NCBI GenBank assembly: GCA_910592345.1
Contig: CAJVPI010000056.1
Coordinates: forward strand, 1-64,000
Direction of reading: 5' to 3'
DNA length: 64,000 bases
Source: Paraglomus brasilianum
Taxonomy: Eukaryota
The translations under genes were made by a program, and so were the position numbers. Each line of letters starts with the position of its first letter. Within the stretch, counting starts at the first letter, position 1. A model generated the notes under the pieces. It saw only the letters and a program-made list of their open reading frames with translations. It searched no databases and was not told where the DNA came from. Shown in pieces: positions 38,045-53,959 of this stretch.

Positions 38045-41000
38045 GGTTGGTTTTTGTATATAATTCTATGAAAAATGTCTAGTATCTATACTATAGTACA
38101 GTAAAAAAGTGGTTACGAAGGAATGCGGTGAATGTTCTGAAATTTTTGCAGTGAAGGATAGAGCATGCGGGTTCTTTTATATGGGAATGACTGTGGCAAC
38201 AGCATTTATTATCTACGCTTAGAATCATTTCTATGGTAAGTTCTTGCTCGGATATAAAATTGCGACAACAAAGGACTTTTTTTCTTTGCATCGTTGTTCG
38301 ATGTTCATTGTCATTTGAAATTTTCCGAATGGTTGGATTTGTTCGGTTAATACGTATTTGTTTGCCCTTTCTGGTAAAACTGCCAAATTAAAGTGAACCA
38401 TGTAAACTAAACAAAGTGAACCGTGGGTGCCACGACAAAGCCGAGTATGGGAGAAAGTTAAACTAAATGTAATACAGGCCGTAAATGTACCAAACTTCCC
38501 GGCTTGGTCTTTGTTTTCAAATGAACTATTATTATAGCAATCAAAGTAATTAATAATTGTTGACTTACAAACGTGCAACACCTAAATAATCTAACAATAT
38601 TGTCGGTCCTTGTATACTTCAACTTGTAGAAATACATGTACATATACCTTATTTAAAGTAGACTCTCTTAATGAACTTGTTATTACAACCAGCCCATATC
38701 TAATCAATATAGCCATCTTTTTAGAGCGAAAAATAAATCCCATTCTCTAGACGTTTTTTTAATGCTTTATAGATTCTTTCTGGTTCGAGACTTCTAAGAA
38801 AGGATACTTTTGCAGCAATTATTAATTTCGAGAATCCTTCCACAGTCATAATATTTCAAATAAATACTTTGATATGGAAATTGTGAGGCGAAGTCCCATT
38901 GGACTGAATGCTTGCAAGTCTCGATTTTATGATATTAGCTTTGGCTTCCGATGGTAATGCGAAAGACAGGGTTGTGAGTATCACTTTGAACAATACTCCA
39001 GTTTATTTTTAGGTCGCCTTTGCCGATATTCGGATTTCTTTTAAGTTACCATATGAGTTGGATGTTAATTCTCAATTTAATTCTATATCGTCCTTTTCGA
39101 GAAATGTATTTCTAATTAACGGAGGCCAGCTATGCATGTTTGACTCGGTTCCAGACATAGATTGTAAGAGAACGGCATTCTTGTGTAATGAAAATTATCC
39201 TCTAGGGTCATAGAATTTCGCCCATTAGCAATTCAATTTCATAACATTAATACAGAGATAACTTTTTTGTGGTCTTCATAGTCAAGCCCCACTTTATTGT
39301 ATAAGCTTCTGATGCAATGTCACGGTTGATATAAAGTATTTCCTCTTCTTTTGCCGAATTAGTGGTCACCGGTCGAATTAACGACCATCCAATTAACAGA
39401 CACAGAATCTTATCATACAGCTGAAAACTTATAAGAGATGTTTGACATACGATACAATTGGTCTCCCATGCTTTGCAATATGTCACAGTTCATGATATTT
39501 CTTATTCTTAGATAATCAGCCGTCGATTCCTTTAAGTCATCAATTTCTAAACGTTTTGCATAATGGCGAGTTTTTAGTGAGTGTAGCCACTCCCAAGTAA
39601 ACCGTAGTCATTGGTTATTCGGGGTTCAATCGAATTAGCGAATGTGTTCTAGTACCTGAAGCAACCCAACCTCAGCGTACTATAATTTGGGTTAGTATGC
39701 TTACACCGAATCCATCGAGATATCTCGTCACCAGGCGATTTTTCAGAACGAGTCGAGAACGCGTCGGTTTGTCGAACTTCACATGACTCGGTGAATTCAG
39801 TCACGTACCCAAAATATATTTACTTCAAATATGAAAGCATTTTTCTAAAGATTTATTCACAGAAGCGTATTTGAGAAATAATAGAAGACGCCTTGTTTTT
39901 AAATAATGGTAATACTTTTTTGTCTATGCATCGCACAAAGTATATTAATATAACGTCACCAGTATTGGCTTAGAACAAAATACTGAACAATCGCGTAGAC
40001 TAGTAAACCAACACAACAGTAGAGACTTTGTCGCAGAATTAATGTACCAGAGAATGCAATCAACACAAAAATAATATAGCCCAATCTACAAATTGATAAA
40101 GGAAAATTACATCTGCGAGTTGAGGAGAATTTAAACAATATCAAATCTTATAGGTAACATGCGAAAGTAAAAGAAGAAACTCCTACAATGCATTCAAGCC
40201 AATACCAGTATTTGTTAAGTATTCATTGATATGGAATTTGCGATTTTAAACATCAAATTGAAGATAACGCCAATTGTTTCGGTAAATAAGATTAGAAAGA
40301 CACATTATAAAGATTACGAAAGCTACAAAGAATGCCAGCAAGCAAATTTAGTATCAAAATATGGTTATGTTGGGGGAATTCTACTCGTCGTTGGTCCCAT
40401 CGGAGTTTTCGCATTATTCCATCCGCATGCAGGGATCTGTTTCAATAAGGCTGGGGATGTAACATTAACCGGAAAGGAGGTGTTGCGATTGTGCGATTAC
40501 GGGGGAGTTCCGCAGATGTATTCTTTTTTATGCAAAACTCACTTTTCAGACGGTATATTCAAATATAGACTTTATTTGACAAGTCCGAGTCATGACATGC
40601 AAGCTAGTTACCTTTCAAACGTCTTGATCATAAAGCGGAACAACTTATTGGTTTGTAGCAAGAGAAATCTCTTTTGCGAGTGTTCTGGCTATAAATTGGT
40701 ATTTGTATTTATCGGCACAGTTTACTGTTTCCCTATTGTGGGCTTTGTCAAAAAAGACGAAAAGAGAAAATAGATGGCTCAGCAAAGTTGTGATTTGCTT
40801 TCACCATCGGAAGAAAAAGTTATCTATTGTAAAGAATAACACCCACTTAATTTTCGGGAGATATTCTAATTAATATTTATATCATTAGTAATGACGTGTA
40901 GAACTCATTTACGTAATCAATAGGTTACTTGAATAATTCTGAACTTTATGCATTGTCGAGTGTTTAAATCGGGGCAGCATTAAGTGACATAAGAACAATG

Positions 41001-42060
41001 GACCAAGATGAATTAGAAAGATACTGGGGAGACATTCTTTAAAGAGTCAATTAATGCAAGTCAATCGAACATTACATATTCTTGTAATGATTTTAAACAA
41101 GATGGGTTAGGGTTGGTGTATGCATAATATTGTGCTCTTGACTTACTTGCATACATGTGTCTGTTTAACCACAACACACAAACGCAAACTATCAAATACA
41201 CACAGACCCGTATCAAAGAATATTAGCCCAATTTACGTGACACACAAAGTGCCATGATCAATGAAAGCTAGAAATGGTTGTCAGGTTTGTACGTATCGAT
41301 GTCACGTTTACAATGCATAATAAGTCCTGAATGCAGATACGGATCTTGTGTCGTACAATATGCATGCCTTTTATCAAAACGTGCCAAATATCCAAGGTAG
41401 TCCCATAGATGAACATTTAGATATTCTTAAAGTCGAGCGTTTTCGAAAGATACGCATGAAAACGGTTCATATGAAGTTGGAGTGAAACAGCTAATACTAA
41501 CGGTTTCTTCCCATCCATAATCGTGATGGTGGAAATCTTTACGAAAAGGATCGAGGTACGTGCGCACCCATGCTAATTTTAAGTAATGAATAGTTTTAAT
41601 AAATAGTAGAAGAGCTAGCTGATCGCGTCGATCAACTAGGCCATCACGCTGATCGTGAACTTTAACATTAAACATAATCGATATGTGAAATTCTCATAAC
41701 GATGCGACCCAAAAATTCGAACCTCAAAATTCTGGTCTAATTGTTTTAATTGTTATCGAAATACGGTTGATTAATATCTCTTGACTTATTATTGTTTATG
41801 ATGATAATCTAACCGGATATAGGTTGGCGGATTGGCGCACAAAACCATCTTGGCTTTTGGGAAAGCAAGATTATCGATGGTCAAACTATCGGGACTCGGG
41901 TTGCGCGGCAATTTATCTGTGTCATCAACCCTGAAAAGGGCGTATTTCTCACGTCTGACGCCCCGCTTCAGCACCCTTTACCCCCCTAAGTCTCTACTAT
42001 CTTTCCTACTGCCATAAGTGAACCCGCCGTTGATAGTTCGTAACGAAAATACAAGACAAA

Positions 42061-43910
<1,850 letters not shown>

Positions 43911-44135
43911 AGTTCTTGACTCTGGCGAGTGTCTATCGTTATCTGAAATATAAATAAATAAATTAACGTTGAATCTATTTTGGATTCGATTGTAAATTAA
44001 AGCATGTTCCACTGTTGGCAAAAAAAAATTGTATTCGGTTTTTATAAACCCAAGGAATGATCTCTCGCTTAAGTAAATAATTAGCCAAACTTTCCGTACT
44101 TACCAATGGAAAGAATTTTCAACCTTGCAAAATCG

Positions 44136-44509
44136 TCAAGCCAGAGGGCTTATGAGCCTGTAAATAAACAAAGAATGTTTAATAGTGGTCCTAAAATGCG
44201 CCCGAGATTCTGCGTATATTAATTTTTGCGCGTACCTTATGAGAGAGGGTCTCGGGTTACTTCTCGTATAGCCTATAAGCAAAAGGTTTATTATTAATAT
44301 GGCAGTAGCCGGTTTGTATAGTTTTGAGAGTGCGACATGAGTACATTACCCAAGTAAATTACAAAAGGTATGAAACCCCAGTGAATGATAGTTTTCGTTA
44401 TCTCGGTGATTTTGTTAATTTTCTCCTGTAGTAAAGAGTTGAATAAAAGGCATATAAACGAGACATTAAGCTTTAGTCGGGGTAAGCAAACCTTTGTTTC
44501 TTCTTTCAT
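44136..44509 (-). CDS. TOM7: Mitochondrial import receptor subunit Tom7 (4 exons)
   Basis: MKEETK|EKINKITEITKTIIHWGFIPFVIYLG|YTRSNPRPSLIR|LISPLA*. Confidence 0.92.
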
Positions 44510-44752
44510 GTTTGGATTGTGCAAACTGTTTTAGTTTGTTGACTTGGTAGAGTTTAAAAAATCGCCATTCGAATGATCATAATCACGTTACTTGCAATAA
44601 AATTTCTGTTGTAACACAAACTAAGTAAGTTGCTATTTGGGCAGAATTTACATTCGAGATAACCAAAATAGTAATCCAAATATACATCGCAAACAAAATT
44701 TTTTATTAAACGCATTATTTAGATAATTTTATTTAAATTGTAAACTGATTGA

Positions 44753-47700
44753 TTATTCCGCATTCAAATTTCCATCACCATAATCACCGCCAGCAGCCAT
44801 GGGAGTAGCAGGTATAAAATGTGGAGTCGCCGGTACAAACAGTCCTGGGGTCATAGGCTCAGGAGTAGTGGGTGGAAGATGCTTCGGCGTTGGCACGAAA
44901 TTCGGCCCATCCGCTGCAGGCGTAGTCGCAACGAAATTGGGTGTGACTGGTGCTGGTGTCGGCGCAGAAAATCTCGGAGTCTCCGGGGCAGGTGTAGGTG
45001 CGGAAATATCCCATCTAGGAGTTAACCCACCATCACCCCATCGCGGCGATCCATCATTTGATCCGCCTATCCATGCCGGCGTTTTGCTGCCAATGTCCCA
45101 TGCCGGTGTTTGTGAGCCATCATTGGTTGAATGAATAGCAGGCGTGCGCGAGCCGTCGGCGTGTGGATTGGGTGTCATTGCTGAGGAATAGGCCGGTGTA
45201 CGGCTACCCGCCCAGGACGGTGTACGAGAAGATGACGACCAGCCGCTGGGGGAATAAGGTGACGATGCGCCGTAATTGCTTGACGTATCGAGATCACGCT
45301 CTCTGGGTTGGAAGTCAGATGCAATTGGTCGGATAATCCCGCTCGAACTGTGTATAAAAGAGATCGTACAAACGCAATTAAACACAGCAAAGTTCATAAA
45401 TATCTCTGCAACAAAAAGAACAAAACTCATCACATACTCTTTCATCATTAATTTAGCCTTCTCAACGTTCAAAATTCTACTATCTGTATGCAATTCCACT
45501 CTTGCCATGGTTTCCGTGGTATCCTTTACAATACCCATATAGCCTTTATAAGGGCCTTTAACGATAGTAACTGTCTGATCAATTAAATGGTCTTTTCTTC
45601 CTCCTCTGCCCCTTCCTCTTCCTCTAGAACCCCTTCCGCGACCGCGATCATATCCTCTATCACCATAGCCACGATTGTTAAAACTACGATTCTGTCCTTG
45701 AGATCTATCCAACTGCCGGTTACCGTAGACTGCTGGATTTATTTGGTCGAGTTTCGGTGCAGTCTGCGTGCAATAGCAACAAGATAAAAAGTGAGACAAG
45801 GAAAACAAAAAGCAGATAAAGTGTAACCAGAGTCGGTTGCTTACCGTGGTTGAATTCTTGTTGATGAGACTTTTCCATCGTGTAAAGAATACACCACCAT
45901 TTTCAGAGATGTCACGAGCTAATAAAAAGGCCGTGTGTTTGAATATATGCAATATCTTGCCCTCACGCATCTATGTTAATTAGAATCACATATAATGAGT
46001 ATTGTTTCCAACAGCACATACACACATATATTAAAACCAACCTCTCGAATAGTCTCTTGTGCCAAGTCGCCTTGCTGTAAGGTATTTCCGTGTGAATCTT
46101 TGACTTGCGCCCGTCGAGTATCGAGCTTCCTTGATATCTCTACTGCCTCAACGCTTCGTACAATCCCGTCGTCACTAAGGATGCGATAGGATCCACGCTC
46201 GATTCCGACAATGATGCCATAAGCACCATTGCTTAGAAGAAAAGTTAGAATTCATCAAACAATAATGAAACTGTAGTAAGGAGATACCAAAAATACTCAC
46301 AATAGCTGAACGAATTCATGTAGTTCATGTTTACTCTCAGACGTCACACTCTTTGTGGCATCAGCAGCTCTCTTGACATCTTTTGAGAACACCACAGCCT
46401 AAGGTTGGTTATTCAATTTCCAGTTAGCTCCTCAAAAGCAATGATTCAACAAATTGACAATAGACATTTACCTCCTCCATAGTATCATCGAGTACTAGAG
46501 TAACTGTCGTTCCTTTGACTTCTAATACCATTCCTGTGGCATCTTTATGCTTGCCGTTAAGTACTTTAACATGATCTCCTTGTGAGAACTTTTTCCTCAA
46601 TCGACTGGCTTCCACAACAGCTTTTTGCAATGCGCCACTGTTGGTGTCACGCGAAACAGTAAAGGTGACCATCCCCAATTCTACTACATCAACAGTTCCA
46701 TACAATCCCGCCTCACCACCATCTACTACTTCTACTATGTCGCCAGGTTGGAAATCAGTTTTGATAGCGGCCGTGAGTGGGCTATCGATGGCCAAAGTTG
46801 CGACTACGATCGGAAGCAGACAAGTTGATAATTGAAGTAAATATTAAGGTCGCAAATTATAACCTTTCATTTATGTTTAGCTTACTTGTAGCACCCTCCT
46901 CAAACTGAGCAGCGGCAAACGCTGTGATTTCGTCCACTGATGGACTTACATCATCCACGATCTGTTGCAATTCGAGTTCATAAGCCCATTTGAATAATAT
47001 CGAAAGCGAGTTATATACTAACCAGATTTGAAAGTTTGACATCTCTCTCTATGTATCCGCGCTTATAATTATTAGCATGTGCCGACTTTTTACGTTTATC
47101 CCCGGACGCTGAATCGTCTTTCTTTGCTACAAGTTTAACTCTTGCTGAATCTCCAGATTCTGATATGTCAACAACCTATCATATCATATCATATTATATC
47201 ATGAGCAATCTTGTTAAGAGCACGCATATCCTGCTATATATTGCAGACGCAAAGCAATATAGTACCTGCGCCAATTCTCCAGCGTTACGACCTTTCTTAA
47301 TCTTTACCCAGCTATTGGGTTTAAGGTCGATGCGTTTAGATTTTATTACAATTACATCAGCACGCTCGTCTACAGGCACGAGCTGTATTTTTGAAGCAAA
47401 TACATTGTTGACGTTTTGAACAGCCTAAATGTTATAGAATCAACACAAAAAATGAGGAGATTAATAAATAACGAGCGTTTCATAATTTCTCTTTCTATTG
47501 CGATGCATATACGTACCGCTTGAACATCGGTAAGCTTTCTCGCTTCTATGTACACGTAGCCTTTTAAAGAATCTCTACATGAAGCAGAAAAAATCTTTGA
47601 AGTTGGCCCTCCATATTGCTCGGTATCGTTGACCCGTCTCATGAGCGTGAGAACAATATCTTTTTCCTTGCCGGGCTGTCATTAATCAAAACAAGATGAG

Positions 47701-48531
47701 CACATTTTATATAATCAGCTCGTTCTACTCAAGCTCACAAAACTAACCTTACATCGAACAACCCACATATTAGGCTCGTTCACGTCAGCAAGCTGCAATA
47801 CAGCCGGAATGGCTGTATCAGTTGCCATCCGCAATGGACGGCGTCGACCATGGCGCTCCTTGAGTCGTGCTGCCATCTCGTGGGCATCGAAAGCATCTTC
47901 TTCCTCGCGTTCTAGTTCAAATCGTGCACGTCGGACTGCTCGCGCTGATATGCGGTCTTCTTCTGGCTCATCACGGGCAATAAAGGCTAGAAAACAAATG
48001 TATAGGTAAATAAAAGTAATAAAGGTCTTTGTTCATCGTATACTCCGTTTCCTATAGTACTTACTATCCTGAAACCCTTCCTCCTCTTCATCATCATCTT
48101 CATCATCGTCATCTACTTCAGCCTCATCTAACACGAAGAGATTCTTTTCTTCCTTACGACGCTTCTTACTTCTCTGTATAATTGATAATGGACAATAATC
48201 GAATTAGCACAAAGGTGCATAACCACATATCCAAAACATTTTAAAGCCCTCATGAAATAAACAGCCTCTCGATCGCCCTCTCTTGCACAATGCTATAGTT
48301 CAGCCGCTTCCAGTTTCTCAGGCTTTGCTCTTACATGCTTACCTTTCTACTCTCTTGTTCATAATCGTCGTCGTCCTCGTCCTCGTCTTCTTCCTCGATT
48401 TCGTCGTCTTCCTCCTGCTCTTCGTCAACTTCATAGTCATCACCTCCCTGATCGTTTTGCTGGGGGTCTTCTTCATCATCTTCTTCCCAGCCCGAGGCTC
48501 TAGTTCCTTCGTCGTCCGAATATTGAGACAT
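44753..48531 (-). CDS. SPT5: Transcription elongation factor Spt5, multi-exon
   Basis: Acidic N-terminus, NGN domain (MWVVRCK.GKEK, LKGYVYIEA), KOW motifs (FSQGDHVKV, GPYKGYMGIVKD) and CTR repeats SRTPAY/GSKTPAW. Confidence 0.93.
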
Positions 48532-48727
48532 ATTCTATACAATATGATACGATTTGCAAGATATGTTGAAGGATATTCTATGTATCAGATATTAATATCT
48601 ATCCTAATTTGTATATATTTGGTAAACAGTACACGTGATAACGATCGTCCTCTAATCTTCGGCTATTACATAAAAAGCGCGGGGAATTTGTAGGCTATTA
48701 AGATTAACTATTAATTCATTCACAAAA
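48532..48727. promoter_or_regulatory. Bidirectional promoter between SPT5 and SPT6
   Basis: 196 bp between the two divergent ATGs, with palindromic CACGTG at 48632-48637 near the midpoint. Confidence 0.7.
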
Positions 48728-51700
48728 ATGACTGAAGACGAAGACATCATCAACGAAGACGGAGAACTTATACAGAATGAAGCCATGGAGGAGGATGAAA
48801 TTGAAGAAGAGGAAGACGAATCTACTGATGAAGAAGAAGCAGCCAAAGTAGATCTTGATTCTTTTTCAAATATGCCACACCCATCCTTCGGTTTTAACAT
48901 GCGATTACCCTTTTCGCTAGATTGCTAAAGACTTTATCGTCGACGACGACGACGAGGAAGAGCAAGAAGAGGCTAAGAATGAAGTTCGTTCATCTCGTCG
49001 AAGGAAACGAAAGCGAGAGAAGAGAATAGAAAGTATGAACTGTTTTCTTATTAGTTCTTTCTGTTTAGAGTTACTAATTTTTGATCCCTTCCGCAGGCGA
49101 CGACGACGATTTAGACGACGACGATTTAGAACTCGTTGAAGAGAATACAGGCATGACAATGAACCGAAGCGAAGTACGTTTTGTTTGTCTTTTCTAGGCT
49201 GTTCATGTTATGAGCGCTAATAGGTTTTTATTTAAATGTAGCGAAAGTTAAAGAGACTTAAGAAGCGTGGCAGAGAGGAGTCACCCCGACGTCGTAACGA
49301 TCTATCCAGAATTTTTGATGAAGATTACGAAGATCAAGAAGCTGTCGGTGATGACCTCGACGCGTTCATCGTCGACGATGACGACGATGGCGGCATTGCC
49401 GTAAGCGATCAGATGGGTGATGGAATCCCTCTTGACGAATCTGGAGAACCTTTGAGTGCCGAGGATCTAGAGTAAGTTTTTTTTGCTTATAAAATTAATG
49501 TTGGATCTGAAATCGTGCTGAAAACGGTCTTATCATCTTAGGGCCAAGTCCACTTGGCATGAACTCTTTGATTATAAGGCAGATTATTTATGGGCTCTTC
49601 AGGTATTTTTTTCGCCAGTTTATATAGGAGTCCGATATTGGTGTATATATATACACATTAATTTCTGCCGTATTTTCGCGTACTTTTTAATTTTCAGGAG
49701 GCGAGGAGAGATCCCGTAACAAGGGATATTAAAGAAGTAAGTACACAAGAGTATTAATTTTTTCAAGCCAGTCCAGCATTCAACTATGATTGTTAACTAA
49801 CGTTTAACAGATGATCTCACCGAATGAGCTCAAGATCCGAATGATGACTGACGAAGATGAACTTATACGTAAAATTGACATTCCAGAACGCATGCAATTG
49901 CGCGAAGGAATTGATGGCAAACGAAAGCTTACTCCAGATGAGATAGAGGAAGAGACTAGTTGGGTGTCTAAATTCTTCGCAGAAAAGAAAGGCACTGAAC
50001 CTGCTAAAGTACAGGATACAGTTGGATATATTGTCAAAGATCTCAGTCAAGAGCTAGTTGAAATTCCTTACATAATTGCACAACGACGTGATCATTTACT
50101 TCCGCATTCGAGAGATCGAGAACTCACAACCGAAGACCTTTGGACAATATATGATTTAGACACAAAGTTTCATGCACTAATAGAAGCACGTGAAAGGCTA
50201 AGGCAGTACATATCAAAGCTCGCAAATCCTGATGAATATGTAGAGGAGATGATACCACAGGCGGAACGCATTGAAGAGCTTAACGATTTGAGAGAATATT
50301 TGAGTCTTAAATATTGTGACCAAATAGTAAGGCCAGATAAGAAAGGCCCAAGAAAAGCAGATAAATTTAAATACTACGAAAGATGTCGAAGCCGGGGTGT
50401 TCAAGGCTTTGTTAAGGTAATTTTTCAGACTCTTTTATTCATCATCTTTAAATATTTCTAACTTGCGTAAGTTTGCACTTTAAACTCGCCGATTGTTTTA
50501 TTAGCATTTCGGAATAGATATGCGAGCGTTTGCCAAAAGCTTTCTTTACCGTAATAAAATGCATTTCCCAAATGATGTCTCAAAATATCCAGAGCAAGCC
50601 GCAGAAGAGTACATTGCCATGGCATCTGCAGATGATAATGGCCCTCGGTCGGGACGTACTACAGCCGCACAACTCATGGAAGGTAAATTTATTCTTTTGC
50701 CTAATTCGTCATTGGACAGAATTAATAACTAGCCTTGTTGTATAGATGCAAAATTTATGCTCGCAAGCGAACTCGCATACGATCCTCAGATAAAGAAAGC
50801 TTTCCGTCAGTTGTATCAACAAAATGCAGAAGTCATTGTATCGCCAACAGACAAAGGCCTTAACGAGATTGTTAGCAAAAAGCATCCATGCTGGGTATGC
50901 TTGTTATCACTAATTTACTCGTCACCCATTATTATATGCGATCTATTCTGAAATCTAAATGATTCTCCATTGTAGCCATTTAAGTTCTTAAAGAAACCAG
51001 TTTCCGGATTTGCCAATAGTGGACAATTCCTTCAGATACTGAACTCTGAAAAAGATGGCTTGACAGATGTTGTCATATGTCTTCGCAATAAGCAAAATCT
51101 AGTCGAAGAAATGTACCAATATATGAAAAGCGATAGTACCAGTCAATATGGAGTCCAATGGGATTCTCATCGTTGTAACATAATTGACAAGGCAGTTAGT
51201 GATTGGCTGGAAAAAGATATGGATAAATGGCTTAGAGCTAAACTAAAAGCTGACGCTGAAGACTACGTTCTCAGTGCATGTCGAAGCAAATTTGAGAAGG
51301 TAAATGTTTATCTACCGTACATCTCATAATATGCTTGTGCTTATGAACTTCTATCCCTACATATAGAAAATTAATATTGGCCCTTACGGAGGTCATAATC
51401 TCGAGCCAGATATGCTCCCGCGTGTCATTGCGCTCACATGTGGAGACGAGGAAACACCTCAAGACGTCGAGGTTGTCTTTATAGACGAACACCGTCGAAT
51501 ATCAACGCTTACACTTAATGATCTCCGGCCTCCAAATCCAAAAAAGGAAATCCAACTTCAAGAGAGGGCCTCTAGAGATCGTAAAGCGTTTACAGACTTT
51601 TTGAGAAAGAAGCGACCTGAAGTGGCAGTGGTGGCAGGATACTCATCACATACCAAGAGTTTATTGACTCAAGTTAATGCTCTTATTGAAGATTATAATA

Positions 51701-53959
51701 GGAGATATAGAGAGGACACTGAAGACGAGATTGATGTTCTTGTCGTGAATGATGAAGTTGCGAAACTATGTAAGCGTGACTCTCAATCGGCTAAACCTTG
51801 GAACATAAAATTCAGAGATGAGACAGATAAGTTAAAGCGATACTGCGCGTCAATTGCACGACTGGTACAGACACCTCTTCATGAATATACTGCGTTAGGC
51901 GATGATACTACTCTTCTTGATTTCCATCCGATGCAGAGATTGGTAAGTTGGATTAACAACGACATTGCCATTATATGCCATGCTTTCATAATTGTCATTC
52001 CTCCTATTGCTATGGTTAACATTACCATTGTCGCCGCTAAACATTAACTTCGATGCGTTTGTTCATTATTGAATAGGTTCACCGTGAGAAGCTAAAGGAA
52101 GCACTTGAGCGTGTTATAATTGATGTAACAAACTCTGTTGGCGTAAATCTTTCACTTGCACTGGATGATCCATATTTGGCGAATGTAGTAAAGTATGTCA
52201 GTGGTCTAGGGCCTCGCAAAGCAAAGGGCCTATTGGATAGTTTAGGTCGACTAAGGCGGGAATTGGGGGTGGATTCACAGCTGTCAAGAGAATTTCTCAA
52301 AAACGAAAAGATTCTTAAGCCTAAAATATTCGAGAATTGTGCATCATTTATTCGTATTGATGGGACAGCAGAGCCTCTGGATACGACTCGTATCCATCCT
52401 CAAGATTATCCAATAGCCCGTAAGATGGTATGCGATGCGCTTGATGCTGACGTAGAAGATGTAATGGAATGTGAACCAGCAGCTACGTATGTTCGGAGGA
52501 TAATGGAGCGCGAACCTGACAAACTGAATGACTTGTCACTGGATGAATATGCAGAAGAAATAGCCAATATCTATAGATCTGTCAGAAGTTATGGACTCTA
52601 TCTTATCAAACAGGAATTACAAGAGCCATATAAGGACATGCGAGCTGAATTTAGGAAATCCAGTCCTGATGAGATATTTGAGTATATTTATAGGGAGAAC
52701 GACAAAACACTTTATCCCGGATGCTTTGTACCTGATGTTCAGATAGTTAGAGTTCAAGAAAAAATAGTTAATTGCAAGCTGGCCTCAGGGCTTGATGCCA
52801 TAATTAATGTGTATAGGATCACTGATCAACCGTTATCTGATGCTAGATTGGTGCTTCAGGAAGGTCAAACCGTTGACTGCAAAGTAGTAAGAGTTGATAA
52901 ATACGAATTAGTGGTTGAATTGACATGTAAACCTAATGAGGTAATAGATATCGAAGAGGATAACTCGATCGTGCCTGACCCGTACTATGATAGAACTGCA
53001 GAGGCACTGGCTACACGGACACAAAAAGGTTTGGCTGTAATAATGAAAAAGATGAAAAATTCTTTATTCGATCATTGACACCTTTTCTTTGCTGACATTA
53101 TAGTAGTTCGCCGGCCTCCACAGAAAGCTCCTCAGAAACGTATATTACATCACTCTTTATTCAAAGATATGACTTGGAGCGAGGCTGAGAAACATCTAGA
53201 GGATAAACGCAGAGGAGAAACAGTCCTCAGACCTTCGTCAAAAGGGCCTAACGTTATTGGTTGTACATGGAAAGTTGCCCCAAATATTTATCAACATCTT
53301 GGTAAGTATGTCAAAAGTTTTATGATTGTGCGGTGAAAATATATGAACTTGTGCAACCATTAATACCATTTGTCAATTAGATGTAATGGAATTACCAAAA
53401 GGGCCCGATGGCAAAGCAAAAGTAAAGGTCGGAGAGTACGAATACAGCGAAATCGACGAATTGCTGGTCCATCATATTGACTCATCTGCTCGCAAGTTGG
53501 GCTCTTTACTTAATCACAGTAAATTCAGAACGGATAAAGCTGCCCTTGGTATGTATTCTAAATTAGTTGTTGTGTACACATCTATCTACTATTTTTAATA
53601 AACTCTCTCCCTGTATGTAGAAAATTACCTTCTTAAACAATTACAATGGAGCCCACAATTTGCTGCTTACGGATTCTGTCTTGATCCAGTAAAGGCTGGC
53701 GGGTTCTTGATTGGCATTCGGAATTCTTTGCGGACTGAAACCGTATATTGGGTAAGCTACTAGAGTGCTTATTGCGAGTATCATCAATTATGATAATAAC
53801 TTATTGACTACAACGCATTCCTTCATTTCACAGCACGGTGTTGTTGTTCCCGAAGGATTCAGGCTCAATCAGATGAATTATGCAACCGTTAACGATTTAA
53901 TTACTGGTTTCAAGAAATTAGCAGGACATTCACTTGCATTTAAGGCCAACCGAAATTGA
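48728..53959 (+). CDS. SPT6: Transcription elongation factor / histone chaperone Spt6, multi-exon
   Basis: LDDDDLELVEENTG, DIPERMQL, YVSGLGPRKA (HhH), LDTTRIHPQDY..ARKM, S1 domain and tandem SH2 (RPSSKG...TWKV..IYQH). Confidence 0.93.

Noticed and set aside
38700..39500. GTATCCTTT on the minus strand (~38807) and coding-like fragments
   Set aside because: No supportable host gene or branch site. The region looks like unidentifiable decayed coding sequence.
40231..40773. 180-aa plus-strand ORF
   Set aside because: No recognisable motif. It may be the antisense shadow of a decayed gene, and I cannot support a call.
44753..45260. Argonaute-hook (WG/GW) SPT5L-type tail
   Set aside because: The Trp residues belong to ordinary TPAW-type CTR repeats, and Spt6 has no WG extension.
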